Positions 30,601 through 39,817 of a stretch of DNA of 64,000 nucleotides are shown here, one piece after another (the stretch's first letter is position 1; every line of letters starts with the position of its first letter). The stretch is from Spirochaetia bacterium (GTDB taxonomy: Bacteria; Spirochaetota; Spirochaetia; SZUA-6; Bin103). A program made the translations under genes and the position numbers. The notes under the pieces were generated by a model, which was not told the origin of the DNA, ran no database searches, and saw only the letters and a list, made by a program, of their open reading frames with translations. The stretch lies in the NCBI GenBank assembly GCA_965203515.1, contig OZ241907.1, positions 64,001-128,000 on the forward strand. Reading direction: 5' to 3'.

Positions 30601-30833
30601 TGGACCGCAACAATCTGGATGCCGTCATCGAAGCGTTGGGCTCGGCGGCGGCCGGCGGGAGGCTGGTGGTGCTGATCTCCCACGTGCAGGCGGTGGCCGA
30701 GCAGGTGGCCGACGTGGCGGCGGTCACGCGCACCCATGCCGGCAGCCGTATCGAGTGGCTATCCGACGCGGAGCGCCGTCGCGCCGCCGAGTCGGATGCC
30801 GGCGCCGGAGCGCTCGGCGGGCTCCTGGAGTAG
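27696..30833 (+). CDS. sbcC: SbcC/Rad50 SMC-like ATPase
   Basis: GTG start (VRPLELTIEGLRSF), Walker A GDTGAGKS, Q-loop LPQGRF, zinc hook CPIC, signature LSGGE, LFLDEGFG, ISH. Confidence 0.92.
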   Translation: MRPLELTIEGLRSFREPVTLDLRGRDRIAIVGDTGAGKSSIIEAITYALYGQPTFTGLNRELMNDAATSLRVVLRFRATGEEWEVVRALRRRGNGTVGPQTAQLRRFAANGDMLELVEQARKVNERIESAVGLNHDAFLRTTVLPQGRFAQLLVEDDPRVRSTILRQVWRTDELEAAGQVAAAAGREIADLRARIEQAASRYPQDPTAHLAWLREQAEQARRAADAAAATELEAADAHAALRAAEAERVRVGAASERLATFDAAGTAAELAPVAAAADEIDGLESALQKRRNQAAGELAAIPSDDDGPSVAQVAAALTTLDGIPRLAADGAAAAAELRERSSAAEDSRAAAERAAAGERRAAVAATDHEELMPPLEQALQTAEQRRDRLAALHGAALEGAGAADAVREELARRERGRQEVEGRLQEAADDAARRAQAAVRAQEHLAVTRRSESAAMIAGGLHPGDECPICRRTLAPAWEAPAGGGLRTVEREAEAAGTAAAEARDVQVALATSRDAAVEAVKETGERLRVASEVAAKARRALAAAAAQAGESAPAVAIRAAAGDPADPLPVAESLLAPLQAAVTAAERAAAAHAERRGELAQEAAEQERVAGIAAEAAVSAERLRAAADRTAAAALVRLRDAVAAVPEPYRPPLYLPAAAGEFREADMGLVRDGAAAARQRERVVAERAQRRDRLAAMMRELAAEQEALEHRRSAEVVETLAAVVRRLNEHRDLLARSALELNLEPDLPKVLTAERPAEVAARIDHLGGATAYLLQVAGIRDTRAAAAQDGARAKLQAIGRSAELEVEDLDAVVAGARAAAESARYTARMAQESAGAFASVVDRVAELRQLLADVEERSRALSDLEAALKAGAFLKWLTLRRSRSLLVHASRMLEQVSDGRYAFVEPADEFDRWQVLDRESGQPRSPASLSGGEQFIASLALALGMVEMMARSGGSLESLFLDEGFGTLDRNNLDAVIEALGSAAAGGRLVVLISHVQAVAEQVADVAAVTRTHAGSRIEWLSDAERRRAAESDAGAGALGGLLE

Positions 30834-30861
30834 CACGAGCGGCGAATGTCTGCCGCCGGTC

Positions 30862-31602
30862 TCAGCTGCGGTAGGAGGGGTCTTCCTCGTCGAGGATGGC
30901 GCGGAGCTCCCGGAAGTGGTCTTCGCTCAGGTCGGGGTAATGGCGCCACTGCCGTTCCGTCCTGGCCGCCACGCGGTCGGAGACGGAGCGCAGCTTCCTG
31001 CCGGTCTGCAGGGCGGTGAGGTAGGTGCTGCAGGCGCGCTCGAAGTAGTAGAGGTCGTCGAACGCCTGCGCGACCGTGGGACCGATCGCCATCACCCCAT
31101 GGTGGCGCATGAGCAGGATCGGCTTGTCCTCCACCAGGCGGGCGATGCGTTCGGCCTCGTCGTCCAGGCCCATGCCGTCGAACCGGTCGTCGACGGTCAC
31201 CCGCCCCCAGAAGCGCATCGCGTTCTGGTCGACGGGCGGCAGCGTCGGATCGTCCAGACACGCCAGCGCGGTCGCAAACCGCGAGTGCGCGTGCAGCAGG
31301 CAGCGAGCATGCCGCACGTGCCGGTGGATGCTGCCGTGCAGCGCCCAGGCGGTCGGATCGGGAGCGCCCGGCCGATCCATCGTGCCGACGTCGCCGGCAT
31401 CCAGCAGCAGCAACTCGCTCGCCCTGACGCGCGAGAAATGGCGGCCCCGCGGGTTCATCAGGAACCGGGTTCCCGCCTCGTCGACGGCCAGACTGAAGTG
31501 GTTGGCGACCGCCTCGTGCAGGTCGAGGCGGGCCGCCCAGCGGAACGCGCACGCCAGCGCGATGCGCTCGTCGGCGAAGTCCATGTCGGCACGGTACGGC
31601 AT
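30862..31602 (-). CDS. Class II aldolase/adducin family protein
   Basis: LHEAVANHFS, LHGSIH, LLHAHS, LMRHHG. Start may be 31584. Confidence 0.88.
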   Translation of the reverse strand: MPYRADMDFADERIALACAFRWAARLDLHEAVANHFSLAVDEAGTRFLMNPRGRHFSRVRASELLLLDAGDVGTMDRPGAPDPTAWALHGSIHRHVRHARCLLHAHSRFATALACLDDPTLPPVDQNAMRFWGRVTVDDRFDGMGLDDEAERIARLVEDKPILLMRHHGVMAIGPTVAQAFDDLYYFERACSTYLTALQTGRKLRSVSDRVAARTERQWRHYPDLSEDHFRELRAILDEEDPSYRS

Positions 31603-31695
31603 CGGACTGCCGTTCCGCCAGTCCACGCTCCGGTGGCGGCGTCTCTGCCGGGCGCGGCCTTTGCGGCGCGATCGCCCGTCCGGCATCGTAGCCGC

Positions 31696-33018
31696 ATGAC
31701 GACCCCTTTTGAGCCGCCGCGCGACATCTGGGAGGTCAACCGGACCTTGCACGTCAATGAGCCGCTGGACGGCGACCGGGACCCGCGCTGGGTGGATACC
31801 GAGCCGGCGCGCGGTGAGTACAGCCTGAATCAACTCTGTCGGACGCTGGGGGTTGACCGTTCCAGGCGGGAGATGACGGCGCCCGACGACGGTTACTACC
31901 TGTTCTGCGGCCACCGCGGCAGCGGAAAGAGCACCGAGCTGCGGCGCATCGCCCACGAGCTCCACGACGATGATCTCTACTACGTGGTGTTCGTCGATGC
32001 GGCGCAAGAACTCGACGTCAACAACCTGCGGTACCCGGACGTCCTGCTTCACCTTGCCGGCAAGCTCATGGCACAACTCGCTCGCGACGATGTTCCTGTT
32101 GAACAGGTATATTTGCGCAAGCTCCAGGACTGGTTTGAGGAGCGCGTCGAGAAGACGGAACATACCAAAGCCTTCGCGCTGGATGCGAGGGCGGGCGTCA
32201 ACGCCACTATCGGGCTCCCTTTCCTGGCCGGTATATTCGCTCGGATAAGCACTGCATTCAAGACGAATACAACCTATAAGACCGAACTGAGAAGTACACT
32301 GCAGAACCACTTCACTGATTTTTCTGACGGATTCAATCAACTCATCACCGCCGCCGAAGCCGGTATAGGACGCCGCCGTATACTGTTCATGATCGACGGT
32401 ACCGACCGTCTCAGCGGCGATGACGCGCACTCATTCTTTGTCGCGGACGTACATCAGTTGCAATATGTGCATGGCGTTTTCGTGTATTGCGCGCCGGTCC
32501 ATCTGGCTTACGAGAGCAATGACATCAGGCAGAACTTCACCAAGATTTTCCGATTGCCGATGATCAAAGTTGCGAACGACGACGGTTCTCGGCATGGTGA
32601 AGGGTATGCGGCGATGCTGGAGATGCTGCATCGCCGCGCGGCTCCCGAGCTGTTCGATAGCGGCGTCGCCGACCTCTTGATCGAGCATAGCGGCGGTCAC
32701 CCGCGTGATCTGCTGCAACTCTTGTTGAAAGCGCACTCGCATGCCGAGCACGACCGTTTCGACGATGCGTCAGCTCGTCAAGCGGTGCGTGAGCTGGCGA
32801 CCGACTACCGGCGCATCCTGACGGAGGATGATTATCAACTTCTGGCAAGGATCGACGCCGCCCGCCAAGCACCGCCAAGTTCCGAGCGCGTTCGCGGGTT
32901 GCTCTACAACCTGGCGCTGTTGGAGTACAACGACTTCTATTGGCGCAGTCATCCGGTTATCCGTACCACGCCGGGATACGTGACGGCGCAACAAGACATC
33001 ACCGATGCCGATGGGTGA
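31696..33018 (+). CDS. P-loop ATPase (AAA+/STAND-related)
   Basis: Walker A FCGHRGSGKSTE, Walker B LFMIDGTDR, helical SGGHPRDL motif; lower GC. Confidence 0.85.
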   Translation: MTTPFEPPRDIWEVNRTLHVNEPLDGDRDPRWVDTEPARGEYSLNQLCRTLGVDRSRREMTAPDDGYYLFCGHRGSGKSTELRRIAHELHDDDLYYVVFVDAAQELDVNNLRYPDVLLHLAGKLMAQLARDDVPVEQVYLRKLQDWFEERVEKTEHTKAFALDARAGVNATIGLPFLAGIFARISTAFKTNTTYKTELRSTLQNHFTDFSDGFNQLITAAEAGIGRRRILFMIDGTDRLSGDDAHSFFVADVHQLQYVHGVFVYCAPVHLAYESNDIRQNFTKIFRLPMIKVANDDGSRHGEGYAAMLEMLHRRAAPELFDSGVADLLIEHSGGHPRDLLQLLLKAHSHAEHDRFDDASARQAVRELATDYRRILTEDDYQLLARIDAARQAPPSSERVRGLLYNLALLEYNDFYWRSHPVIRTTPGYVTAQQDITDADG

Positions 33019-35023
33019 AGCCGGTACCGCATGGCCGCTCCGTTCGGAACATTCCGGCGCGCTGCTGCGGCTGCGCCGGCTGGTAGCGAACAGGCGGTCG
33101 TTTACCCTCTGCTTCCTGCCCTATTCCGACAGCGCCTATCGCGACATCGCGGCTGCCTTTCTGGCTGAACTGCTGGGGGCGCGGCTGCACGTGGCCATAG
33201 ATCGCGATAATCGGATCGGCACCGAAGACCTGTTCGAACGCCTGAGCGACCAGGCGCACGACGGTCCGGTACAGCTCAGCGGCCTGGAACGGTGGCCGGA
33301 TGGTCTGGACAACCTGTTGCAGCGGTTGAACTATCGCCGGGAAGCGCTGGCTGCGCGTTGCCGGCGTCCCGTGTTGGCGTGGATTCGGAACCGCGACGTG
33401 ACTGCGGTGGCGACCGGCGCTGCGGATCTCTGGGCGTGGCGTTCCGGGGTGTTCGACTTCACGCTGCCGGCATCCGCCGATCGTGTCGATCCGCTGCCAA
33501 CGAGGCTCGACCTTCCTTCGGCGAATGAACCCGCGCGCCGAGATCGTCTGGATGAGTTGCAGCGATTTCTCCGGACACGCTCGCCATTGCGACCGGTGGA
33601 CGTCGACTTGTTGCTTGAGCTCGGTGACTTGCAGCGATCCATCGGCCAACCGGAGGAGGCGGAGCGCTCCTACTCGCGTGCCCTGACGGCTTTGGAAGGC
33701 ATGGACGACCGCCGGCGTCGAGCCATCGCTCGGGGTCGAATCGCCAACCTCCTGGAGGATCGCGGCGCACTGAACGAGGCGTTGCGCATCCGCACTGACG
33801 AGGAAATTCCCGTCTACGAACGTCTGGGAGACGTACGGTCGCTGGCCATCGCCAGGGGCAGGATCGCCAATATCCGGCAAACTCGCGGCGAACTGGACGA
33901 GGCGTTGCGCATCCGTACCGAAGAACAACTGCCGGTGTTCGAACGCCTGAGAGATATGCGCTTGCTGGCCATCACCAAGAGTCAGATCGCCGACATCCTG
34001 CAATTGCGCGGCAACCTGGACGAGGCACTGCGCATCCACGCCGAAGAACAACTGCCGGTGTTCGAACGCCTGGAGGACGCGCACTCCGCAGCCATCACCA
34101 AAGGCCAGATCGCCGACATCCTGCAATTGCGCGGCGAACTGGACGAAGCGCTGCGCATCCGCACCGAAGAACAACTGCCGGTGTTCAAGCGTATAGGTGA
34201 CGTGCACTTGATGGCCATTACCCAGGGCCGGATCGCTGACATCCTGCAATTGCGCGACGAACTGGATGAGGCACTCCGCATCCGCACCGAAGAGGAACTT
34301 CCCGTCTACGAACATCTGGGGGACGTGCGCTCCGCAGCCATCACCAGGGGCCGGATCGCCGACATCTTGCAAATGCGCGGTAATCTGGACGAGGCACTCC
34401 GCATCCGCACCAAAGAGGAACTTCCCGTCTACGAACGTCTGGGCGATAGGCGCTTGCTGGCCATCACCAAGGGTGAAGTCGCCGACATCCTGCAAATGCG
34501 TGGTGAACTGGACGAGGCATTCCGCATCCGTACCGAAGAACAACTGCCGGTGCTCAAACACCTGGGGGACGTGCACGCGCTGGCCATCACCAAGGGTAAG
34601 ATCGCCGACATCCTGCAAGCGCGCGGTGAGCTGGACGAGGCGCTGCGCATCCGTACCGAAGAACAACTGCCGGTGCTCAAACACCTGGGGGACGTGCACG
34701 CGCTGGCCATCACCAAGGGTAAGATCGCCGACATCCTGCAAGCGCGCGGCGAACTGGACGAGGCGCTGCGCATCCGCACCGAAGAACAACTGCCGGTGTT
34801 CGAACGCCTGGGGGACGTGCGCTTGGCGGCGATCGCCAAGGGTCAGATCGCCGATATCCTGCAAGTGCGCGGCGAACTGGACGAGGCGCTGCGCATTCGT
34901 ACCGATGAGGAGATTCCCGTCTACGAGCGCCTGGGAGACCAGCAGTCGCTGGCCGCGGCCACGTCGCAGATCGCGCAACTTCGGCAGGCGCTCTCACGAA
35001 CGTCATCACCGTCGCGAGGCTAG
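33011..35023 (+). CDS. TPR-repeat protein with degenerate (Walker-less) ATPase-like N-terminal domain
   Basis: Start overlaps the ATPase stop. N-terminal LNYRREAL...ADLWAWRSGVFDF, then about ten 41-aa TPR-like repeats. Confidence 0.85.
   Translation: MGEAGTAWPLRSEHSGALLRLRRLVANRRSFTLCFLPYSDSAYRDIAAAFLAELLGARLHVAIDRDNRIGTEDLFERLSDQAHDGPVQLSGLERWPDGLDNLLQRLNYRREALAARCRRPVLAWIRNRDVTAVATGAADLWAWRSGVFDFTLPASADRVDPLPTRLDLPSANEPARRDRLDELQRFLRTRSPLRPVDVDLLLELGDLQRSIGQPEEAERSYSRALTALEGMDDRRRRAIARGRIANLLEDRGALNEALRIRTDEEIPVYERLGDVRSLAIARGRIANIRQTRGELDEALRIRTEEQLPVFERLRDMRLLAITKSQIADILQLRGNLDEALRIHAEEQLPVFERLEDAHSAAITKGQIADILQLRGELDEALRIRTEEQLPVFKRIGDVHLMAITQGRIADILQLRDELDEALRIRTEEELPVYEHLGDVRSAAITRGRIADILQMRGNLDEALRIRTKEELPVYERLGDRRLLAITKGEVADILQMRGELDEAFRIRTEEQLPVLKHLGDVHALAITKGKIADILQARGELDEALRIRTEEQLPVLKHLGDVHALAITKGKIADILQARGELDEALRIRTEEQLPVFERLGDVRLAAIAKGQIADILQVRGELDEALRIRTDEEIPVYERLGDQQSLAAATSQIAQLRQALSRTSSPSRG
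33776..34970 (+). repeat. About 10 tandem 123-bp coding repeats (EALRIRTEEQLPVFERLGDxxxxAITKGxIADILQxRGELD)
   Basis: GTTGCGCATCCG recurs at 33781 and 33904 (123-bp period); units 7 and 8 are almost identical. Confidence 0.92.
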
Positions 35024-35111
35024 CGGCATGAGTCGGCCGCGGTGGCCCCCGCCGCTTGTCCCCGGTGCGGCCGGTGGCATACACTCGCTCTCGCTCAGGA
35101 GAGGTCGAGCG

Positions 35112-35402
35112 ATGGCAACGCGGCACACGGCACAGCCCAGGCAGCGCCTGATGTACGTCCACGCGCAGACGCCCGACATCCTGTCCCCGATCCTGGACCT
35201 GACCGTCTACGAGCCGGTGCCCGGCTTCTCGGTCGAGCTGGATGCCGATCCGCCGGCGTGGCCGTACCGGTCGGTCCACGACGCGGTGTGCGACGGCTGG
35301 CAGATCGTGCAGTTCCCGCTGCACCAGGCACCCTTTGACGACGACGACCTCGACGTGATCGGCTACGAGTTCGTCCTGCAGAAGATGGAGGTGATCGAAT
35401 GA
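35112..35402 (+). CDS. Small hypothetical protein
   Basis: AGGAGAGG upstream; PYRSVHDAVCDGWQIVQFP...YEFVLQKM; ATGA-coupled to PhyH. Confidence 0.7.
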   Translation: MATRHTAQPRQRLMYVHAQTPDILSPILDLTVYEPVPGFSVELDADPPAWPYRSVHDAVCDGWQIVQFPLHQAPFDDDDLDVIGYEFVLQKMEVIE

Positions 35403-36199
35403 GCGCCCCTGCAGCCGCGCCGCCGGCGCTGCTGGACGATCGCGCCGTGGTCGACTTCATCGTCCGCGGCTATCTCCTGCTGCAGCTCGACCTGCCGCCC
35501 GGCGTCGACGCACGGATCGCCGCCGCCCTGGACGGCATGCGGAGCAACCCCGGCGACGCCATCACCGACGCGCTCCCGGAGCTCCATCGCGTGCTGAACC
35601 ATCCGCTCGTGCACGGCGCGCTGACCAGCCTGGCCGGCAAGGGCTACCGGGTGATGGAGCATCGCCACTGGCACTGCAAGGAGCCGGGCAGCCGGTCCAT
35701 GCACTGGCACCAGGACGGCAAGAACCGGCGCGGCGGCGGCCTGGACCGGTTCCTGGGGCTCTACTATCCGGCCGACGTCACCGCCGACATGGGGCCGACC
35801 ATCGTCGTCCCCGGCACCCACTTCCGCAACGCGCCGACCGACCGCATGCGCACCTACACCAACATCCGCGGCCAGGTGCCGCTGGTGGTCAAGGCCGGGA
35901 CCTTCGCGCTCACCCACTACGACCTCTGGCACGGCACGGCAGCCAACCGCTCGCCGCGGCGCCGGCACATGATCAAGTTCCTCTTCAACCGCACGCGGCG
36001 CAATGCGCGGCCGACCTGGAACCACGACCCGGACGCGATGAGCGGCCTGCAGGACTGGGACCGGCGCGCCGGGTCGGGACGGCCGCTCGACCTGTTGCGG
36101 TTCACCAACCCGCTCAACGTCTCGCAGACCGACCATTACAAAGAGGTCGCAAAGCGCAGCGCCGTCTGGGCGGACCTCACGGGAGGGGAGGCGCCGTGA
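35399..36199 (+). CDS. PhyH family dioxygenase
   Basis: WHQDG, MGPTIVVPGTH, THYDLWHG..NRS. Confidence 0.85.
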   Translation: MSAPAAAPPALLDDRAVVDFIVRGYLLLQLDLPPGVDARIAAALDGMRSNPGDAITDALPELHRVLNHPLVHGALTSLAGKGYRVMEHRHWHCKEPGSRSMHWHQDGKNRRGGGLDRFLGLYYPADVTADMGPTIVVPGTHFRNAPTDRMRTYTNIRGQVPLVVKAGTFALTHYDLWHGTAANRSPRRRHMIKFLFNRTRRNARPTWNHDPDAMSGLQDWDRRAGSGRPLDLLRFTNPLNVSQTDHYKEVAKRSAVWADLTGGEAP

Positions 36200-37386
36200 C
36201 CGGCGGCGGCGTTCGCGCCGGGCGCCTGCTGGCGGCGGCCGCAGCCGGCGCGGCGCTCGCCTGCGCCGGGATGGGCGTAGGGCTGCTGATCGTCCGCGGC
36301 GGAGCGGGCGCCTCGGCAACGGCCCGCGTGGCGCAACCGCCGGCGCCGTCCGCTCCCGCGCAGCCGGTGCAGTGGACGGAATCGATCGTGAGCGGGCGCT
36401 ACTACTCGCCCGACGAGCGCAACAGCATCGCCATCTTCGACGCCCTCAACGAAGCGGTGGTCAACGTCGCCGCCGTCGGCAGCTCGTTCTCCCGGTTCCG
36501 TCTCCGGTCGGACAGCGGATCGGGCGTGGTCATCGACGCCGACGGCCACGTGCTGACCAGCCACCACGTGATCAGGAACGCGGCGCGGCTGACGGTCACG
36601 CTCTGGGACGACAGCGAACACGACGCCCAGGTGGTCGGAACCGATCCGGAAAACGACTTGGCGGTGATCCGCTTCGAACCGGGCGACCTGCCGCTGACGG
36701 TCATACCGTTCGGAGACTCGACCGATCTGCTCGTGGGCCAGAAGGTGCTGGCGATCGGCAACCCGTTCGGCCAGGATCGTTCGCTGACCACCGGCATCGT
36801 CTCCGGCCTCGGCCGGCCGGTGCAGACCGATGAGGGGCGCATCATCCAGGAGATGATCCAGACCGACGCCTCGATCAATCCGGGCAACTCCGGCGGACCG
36901 CTGCTGGACGCGAACGGCCGCATGATCGGCATCAACACGATGATCTTTTCCCCCACCGGCGTGTCGACCGGTGTCGGCTTCGCCGTACCGGTCGCCACCG
37001 CTCGCCGCGTGTTGCCCGAACTGATCGAGCACGGCACGGTGCGGCGCGGCTGGATCGACGCGCATCTCGTGGCGGTCACCGCCCGCTTGGCGCGGCAGCT
37101 TGGGTTGTCTCGTCGCGACGGGATGCTGGTCTCCACGGTACGGTCCGGCTCCGCCGCGGACCAGGCCGGCCTGCGTGGTGGCACGCGCCAGTTTCGGTGG
37201 GGCCATACGCTGCTCTACGCCGGCGGCGACATCGTCGTCGAGATCGACGGCCAGCGGATCGACCAATTCCACGACCTGATGGCCGCACTGGAGGACAACA
37301 AGCCGGGCGAGGAGGTATTGGTAGTGGTGGAACGCGGCGACCGCCTCCTGGAGCTGTCGGTGACGCTGAGCGAACGGCCGCGGTGA
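36196..37386 (+). CDS. HtrA/DegP-like trypsin serine protease with PDZ domain
   Basis: GSGVVID, LTSHHV, DLAVI, IQTDASINPGNSGGPL; C-terminal PDZ. Confidence 0.92.
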   Translation: MTGGGVRAGRLLAAAAAGAALACAGMGVGLLIVRGGAGASATARVAQPPAPSAPAQPVQWTESIVSGRYYSPDERNSIAIFDALNEAVVNVAAVGSSFSRFRLRSDSGSGVVIDADGHVLTSHHVIRNAARLTVTLWDDSEHDAQVVGTDPENDLAVIRFEPGDLPLTVIPFGDSTDLLVGQKVLAIGNPFGQDRSLTTGIVSGLGRPVQTDEGRIIQEMIQTDASINPGNSGGPLLDANGRMIGINTMIFSPTGVSTGVGFAVPVATARRVLPELIEHGTVRRGWIDAHLVAVTARLARQLGLSRRDGMLVSTVRSGSAADQAGLRGGTRQFRWGHTLLYAGGDIVVEIDGQRIDQFHDLMAALEDNKPGEEVLVVVERGDRLLELSVTLSERPR

Positions 37387-39452
37387 ATCGGTTCGCCGTC
37401 CACGCGCCGTTCCAGCCGGCCGGCGATCAGCGGCACGCCACCGAAGCGATCGTCGCGGGGCTGGCCGGCGACCGGCGGTTTCACACCCTGAAGGGGGTCA
37501 CCGGATCGGGCAAGACCTTCACCATGGCCAAGATCGTGGAGGCCTGCCAACGGCCCACGCTGGTGCTGTCGCACAACAAGACGCTGGCCGCGCAGCTCTT
37601 TCGCGAGTTCAAGGACTTCTTTCCCGACAACGCGGTGGAGTACTTCGTCTCCTACTACGACTACTACCAGCCGGAGGCGTACGTCGCCTCGCGCGACCTC
37701 TACATAGAGAAGGACGCCTCGATCAACGACGAGATCGAGCGCATGCGCCTGTCGGCGACCACCTCGCTGGTCGAGCGGCGCGATACGATCGTGGTGGCGA
37801 CCGTGTCGTGCATCTACGGCCTGGGCAGTCCGCGCGACTTTCGTGAGATGCGCCTGCAGGTGCGGCTCGGCGACACCCTCGACCTGCGAACGTTGCTGCG
37901 CGGTCTGGTGGCGGTGCAGTACGAGCGCAACGACGCCGTGCTCGACCGCTCCACCTTCCGCGTGCGCGGCGACGTGCTGGAGATATTCCCCTCCTACTCG
38001 GAGGAGGCGGTCCGCATCGAGTTCTTCGGCGATCAGGTGGAGCGGATCCGCCGCATTGATCCGCTGAACGGCACCGCTCTGGCCGATCTGGACTACTGCG
38101 CCATCTATCCGGCCAAGCACTTCGTCACCCCGCAGGAGCGCATCCGCGCCGCCGCCGCCGCCATCCGTGAGGAGCTCAAGGATCGGCTGGCCGAGCTGCG
38201 CGCCGCCGACCGCATGGTGGAGGCGCAGCGCCTGCAGACCCGCACCGAGTATGACCTGGAGATGCTGCAGGAGATGGGCTACTGTCCCGGCATCGAGAAC
38301 TACTCGCGGCACCTGAGCGGCCGTGAGCCGGGCGAGCGTCCGGGGGTCCTGATCGACTTCCTGCCGGAGGGCTTTCTGACGATCGTCGACGAGTCGCACG
38401 TCACCCTGCCGCAGCTCCGCGGCATGTTCGAGGGCGACCGCTCGCGCAAGCAGGCGCTGGTGGAGCACGGCTTCCGCCTGCCGTCGGCGCTCGACAACCG
38501 CCCCCTGACCTATGACGAGTTCGAGGCTCTGGTCGGCCGCGTGCTGTTCGTCTCCGCCACCCCGGGGCCGCAGGAGCTGGCGTTGTCCGACCGCGTGGCC
38601 GAGCAGATCATCCGCCCCACCGGTCTGCTCGATCCGCAGATCCACGTCCGGCCGAGCGAAGGCCAGATCGACGACCTGTATGGTGAGATCCGCGCCCGGG
38701 TCGAAGCCGGCGAGCGCTGTCTGGTCACCACCCTCACCAAGCGCATGTCGGAGGACCTGTCGTCCTATCTGGCCGAGATCGGACTGCGCGTGCGGTACCT
38801 CCATTCCGAGATCGAGACCGTCGAGCGCGTGGAGCTCCTGCGCGACCTGCGGGCCGGCGAGTACGACGTCCTGGTCGGCGTCAACCTGCTGCGCGAAGGG
38901 CTCGACCTGCCCGAGGTGTCGCTGATCGCCATCCTGGACTCCGACAAGATCGGCTTTCTGCGCTCGGCGACGTCGCTGATCCAGATCATCGGCCGCGCCG
39001 CGCGCCACGTGAACGGCACCGTGTTGATGTACGCCGATGCCGAGTCGGAGGCGATGCGAGAGGCGATCGCCGAGACCGAGCGCCGCCGCGCGATTCAGAT
39101 GGAGCACAACCGCCGCCACGGCATCACGCCGACCAGCGTCAGGAAGGAGATACAGCAGCTCCTGATCCGCAAGGCGGACGAGAAGCGCGACGCCGAGGAG
39201 CGCGAACTGCGGATACGCCGCGGCGAGTACGACGTGCAGGCGCCGGAGCAGCGCGCCGAGCTGATCAGGACACTGGAGCGGGAGATGCTGGAGCTGGCCG
39301 AGGCGCTGGAGTTCGAGCGCGCGGCGGTCCTGCGCGACGAGATCGAGCGCCTCAAGGAAGACGCCGGGGCGGCTTCCGACTCCACCCCCGGCCCCGCCCC
39401 CTCCGGGGCCGGGAACGGCCGGAGCGGACGGCGCCGCCGGGCGCGCCGGTGA
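37383..39452 (+). CDS. uvrB: Excinuclease ABC subunit B
   Basis: [41 protein letters not shown] domain LEFERAA.LRD. Confidence 0.97.
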   Translation: MNRFAVHAPFQPAGDQRHATEAIVAGLAGDRRFHTLKGVTGSGKTFTMAKIVEACQRPTLVLSHNKTLAAQLFREFKDFFPDNAVEYFVSYYDYYQPEAYVASRDLYIEKDASINDEIERMRLSATTSLVERRDTIVVATVSCIYGLGSPRDFREMRLQVRLGDTLDLRTLLRGLVAVQYERNDAVLDRSTFRVRGDVLEIFPSYSEEAVRIEFFGDQVERIRRIDPLNGTALADLDYCAIYPAKHFVTPQERIRAAAAAIREELKDRLAELRAADRMVEAQRLQTRTEYDLEMLQEMGYCPGIENYSRHLSGREPGERPGVLIDFLPEGFLTIVDESHVTLPQLRGMFEGDRSRKQALVEHGFRLPSALDNRPLTYDEFEALVGRVLFVSATPGPQELALSDRVAEQIIRPTGLLDPQIHVRPSEGQIDDLYGEIRARVEAGERCLVTTLTKRMSEDLSSYLAEIGLRVRYLHSEIETVERVELLRDLRAGEYDVLVGVNLLREGLDLPEVSLIAILDSDKIGFLRSATSLIQIIGRAARHVNGTVLMYADAESEAMREAIAETERRRAIQMEHNRRHGITPTSVRKEIQQLLIRKADEKRDAEERELRIRRGEYDVQAPEQRAELIRTLEREMLELAEALEFERAAVLRDEIERLKEDAGAASDSTPGPAPSGAGNGRSGRRRRARR

Positions 39453-39817
39453 CGCGCCGTGCGCCGTGCGCGGCGGCGTTGTCCGCGGCCGTAACGATGG
39501 CCGTGACGATGGCGGCGTGCGAAGCGCCGAATATCCAGCCGGCGCTGGAGCTGCCGCCGACCCCGGTACTGGCGATGTCGACCCGCTGGGCGGTGGTCCA
39601 CGCCGCGGTCCTGCGCCTGCGCGACGAGCCGGCGTTGACCGGTGAGGTCCTGTCGTGGCTGCCGGAGGGCACCCGGGTCGAGGTGCTGATGCGGGCGCCG
39701 GACGCCGTGGAGATCGAAGGGCAGACCGATCACTGGTATCAGGTCAACCACAACGGCGTGCGCGGCTGGACGTTCGGCGCCTTCATCACCGAGGTGACCG
39801 CCGGAACCGATCCTTGA
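39449..39817 (+). CDS. SH3-domain (SH3b) secreted/lipoprotein
   Basis: Hydrophobic N-terminus with AAC; LRLRDEP, WYQV...GVRGWTFG. Confidence 0.75.
   Translation: MTRRAPCAAALSAAVTMAVTMAACEAPNIQPALELPPTPVLAMSTRWAVVHAAVLRLRDEPALTGEVLSWLPEGTRVEVLMRAPDAVEIEGQTDHWYQVNHNGVRGWTFGAFITEVTAGTDP

Noticed and set aside
33776..34970. Regular repeats as a CRISPR array
   Set aside because: Units are contiguous 123-bp in-frame coding repeats without unique spacers; no cas genes.
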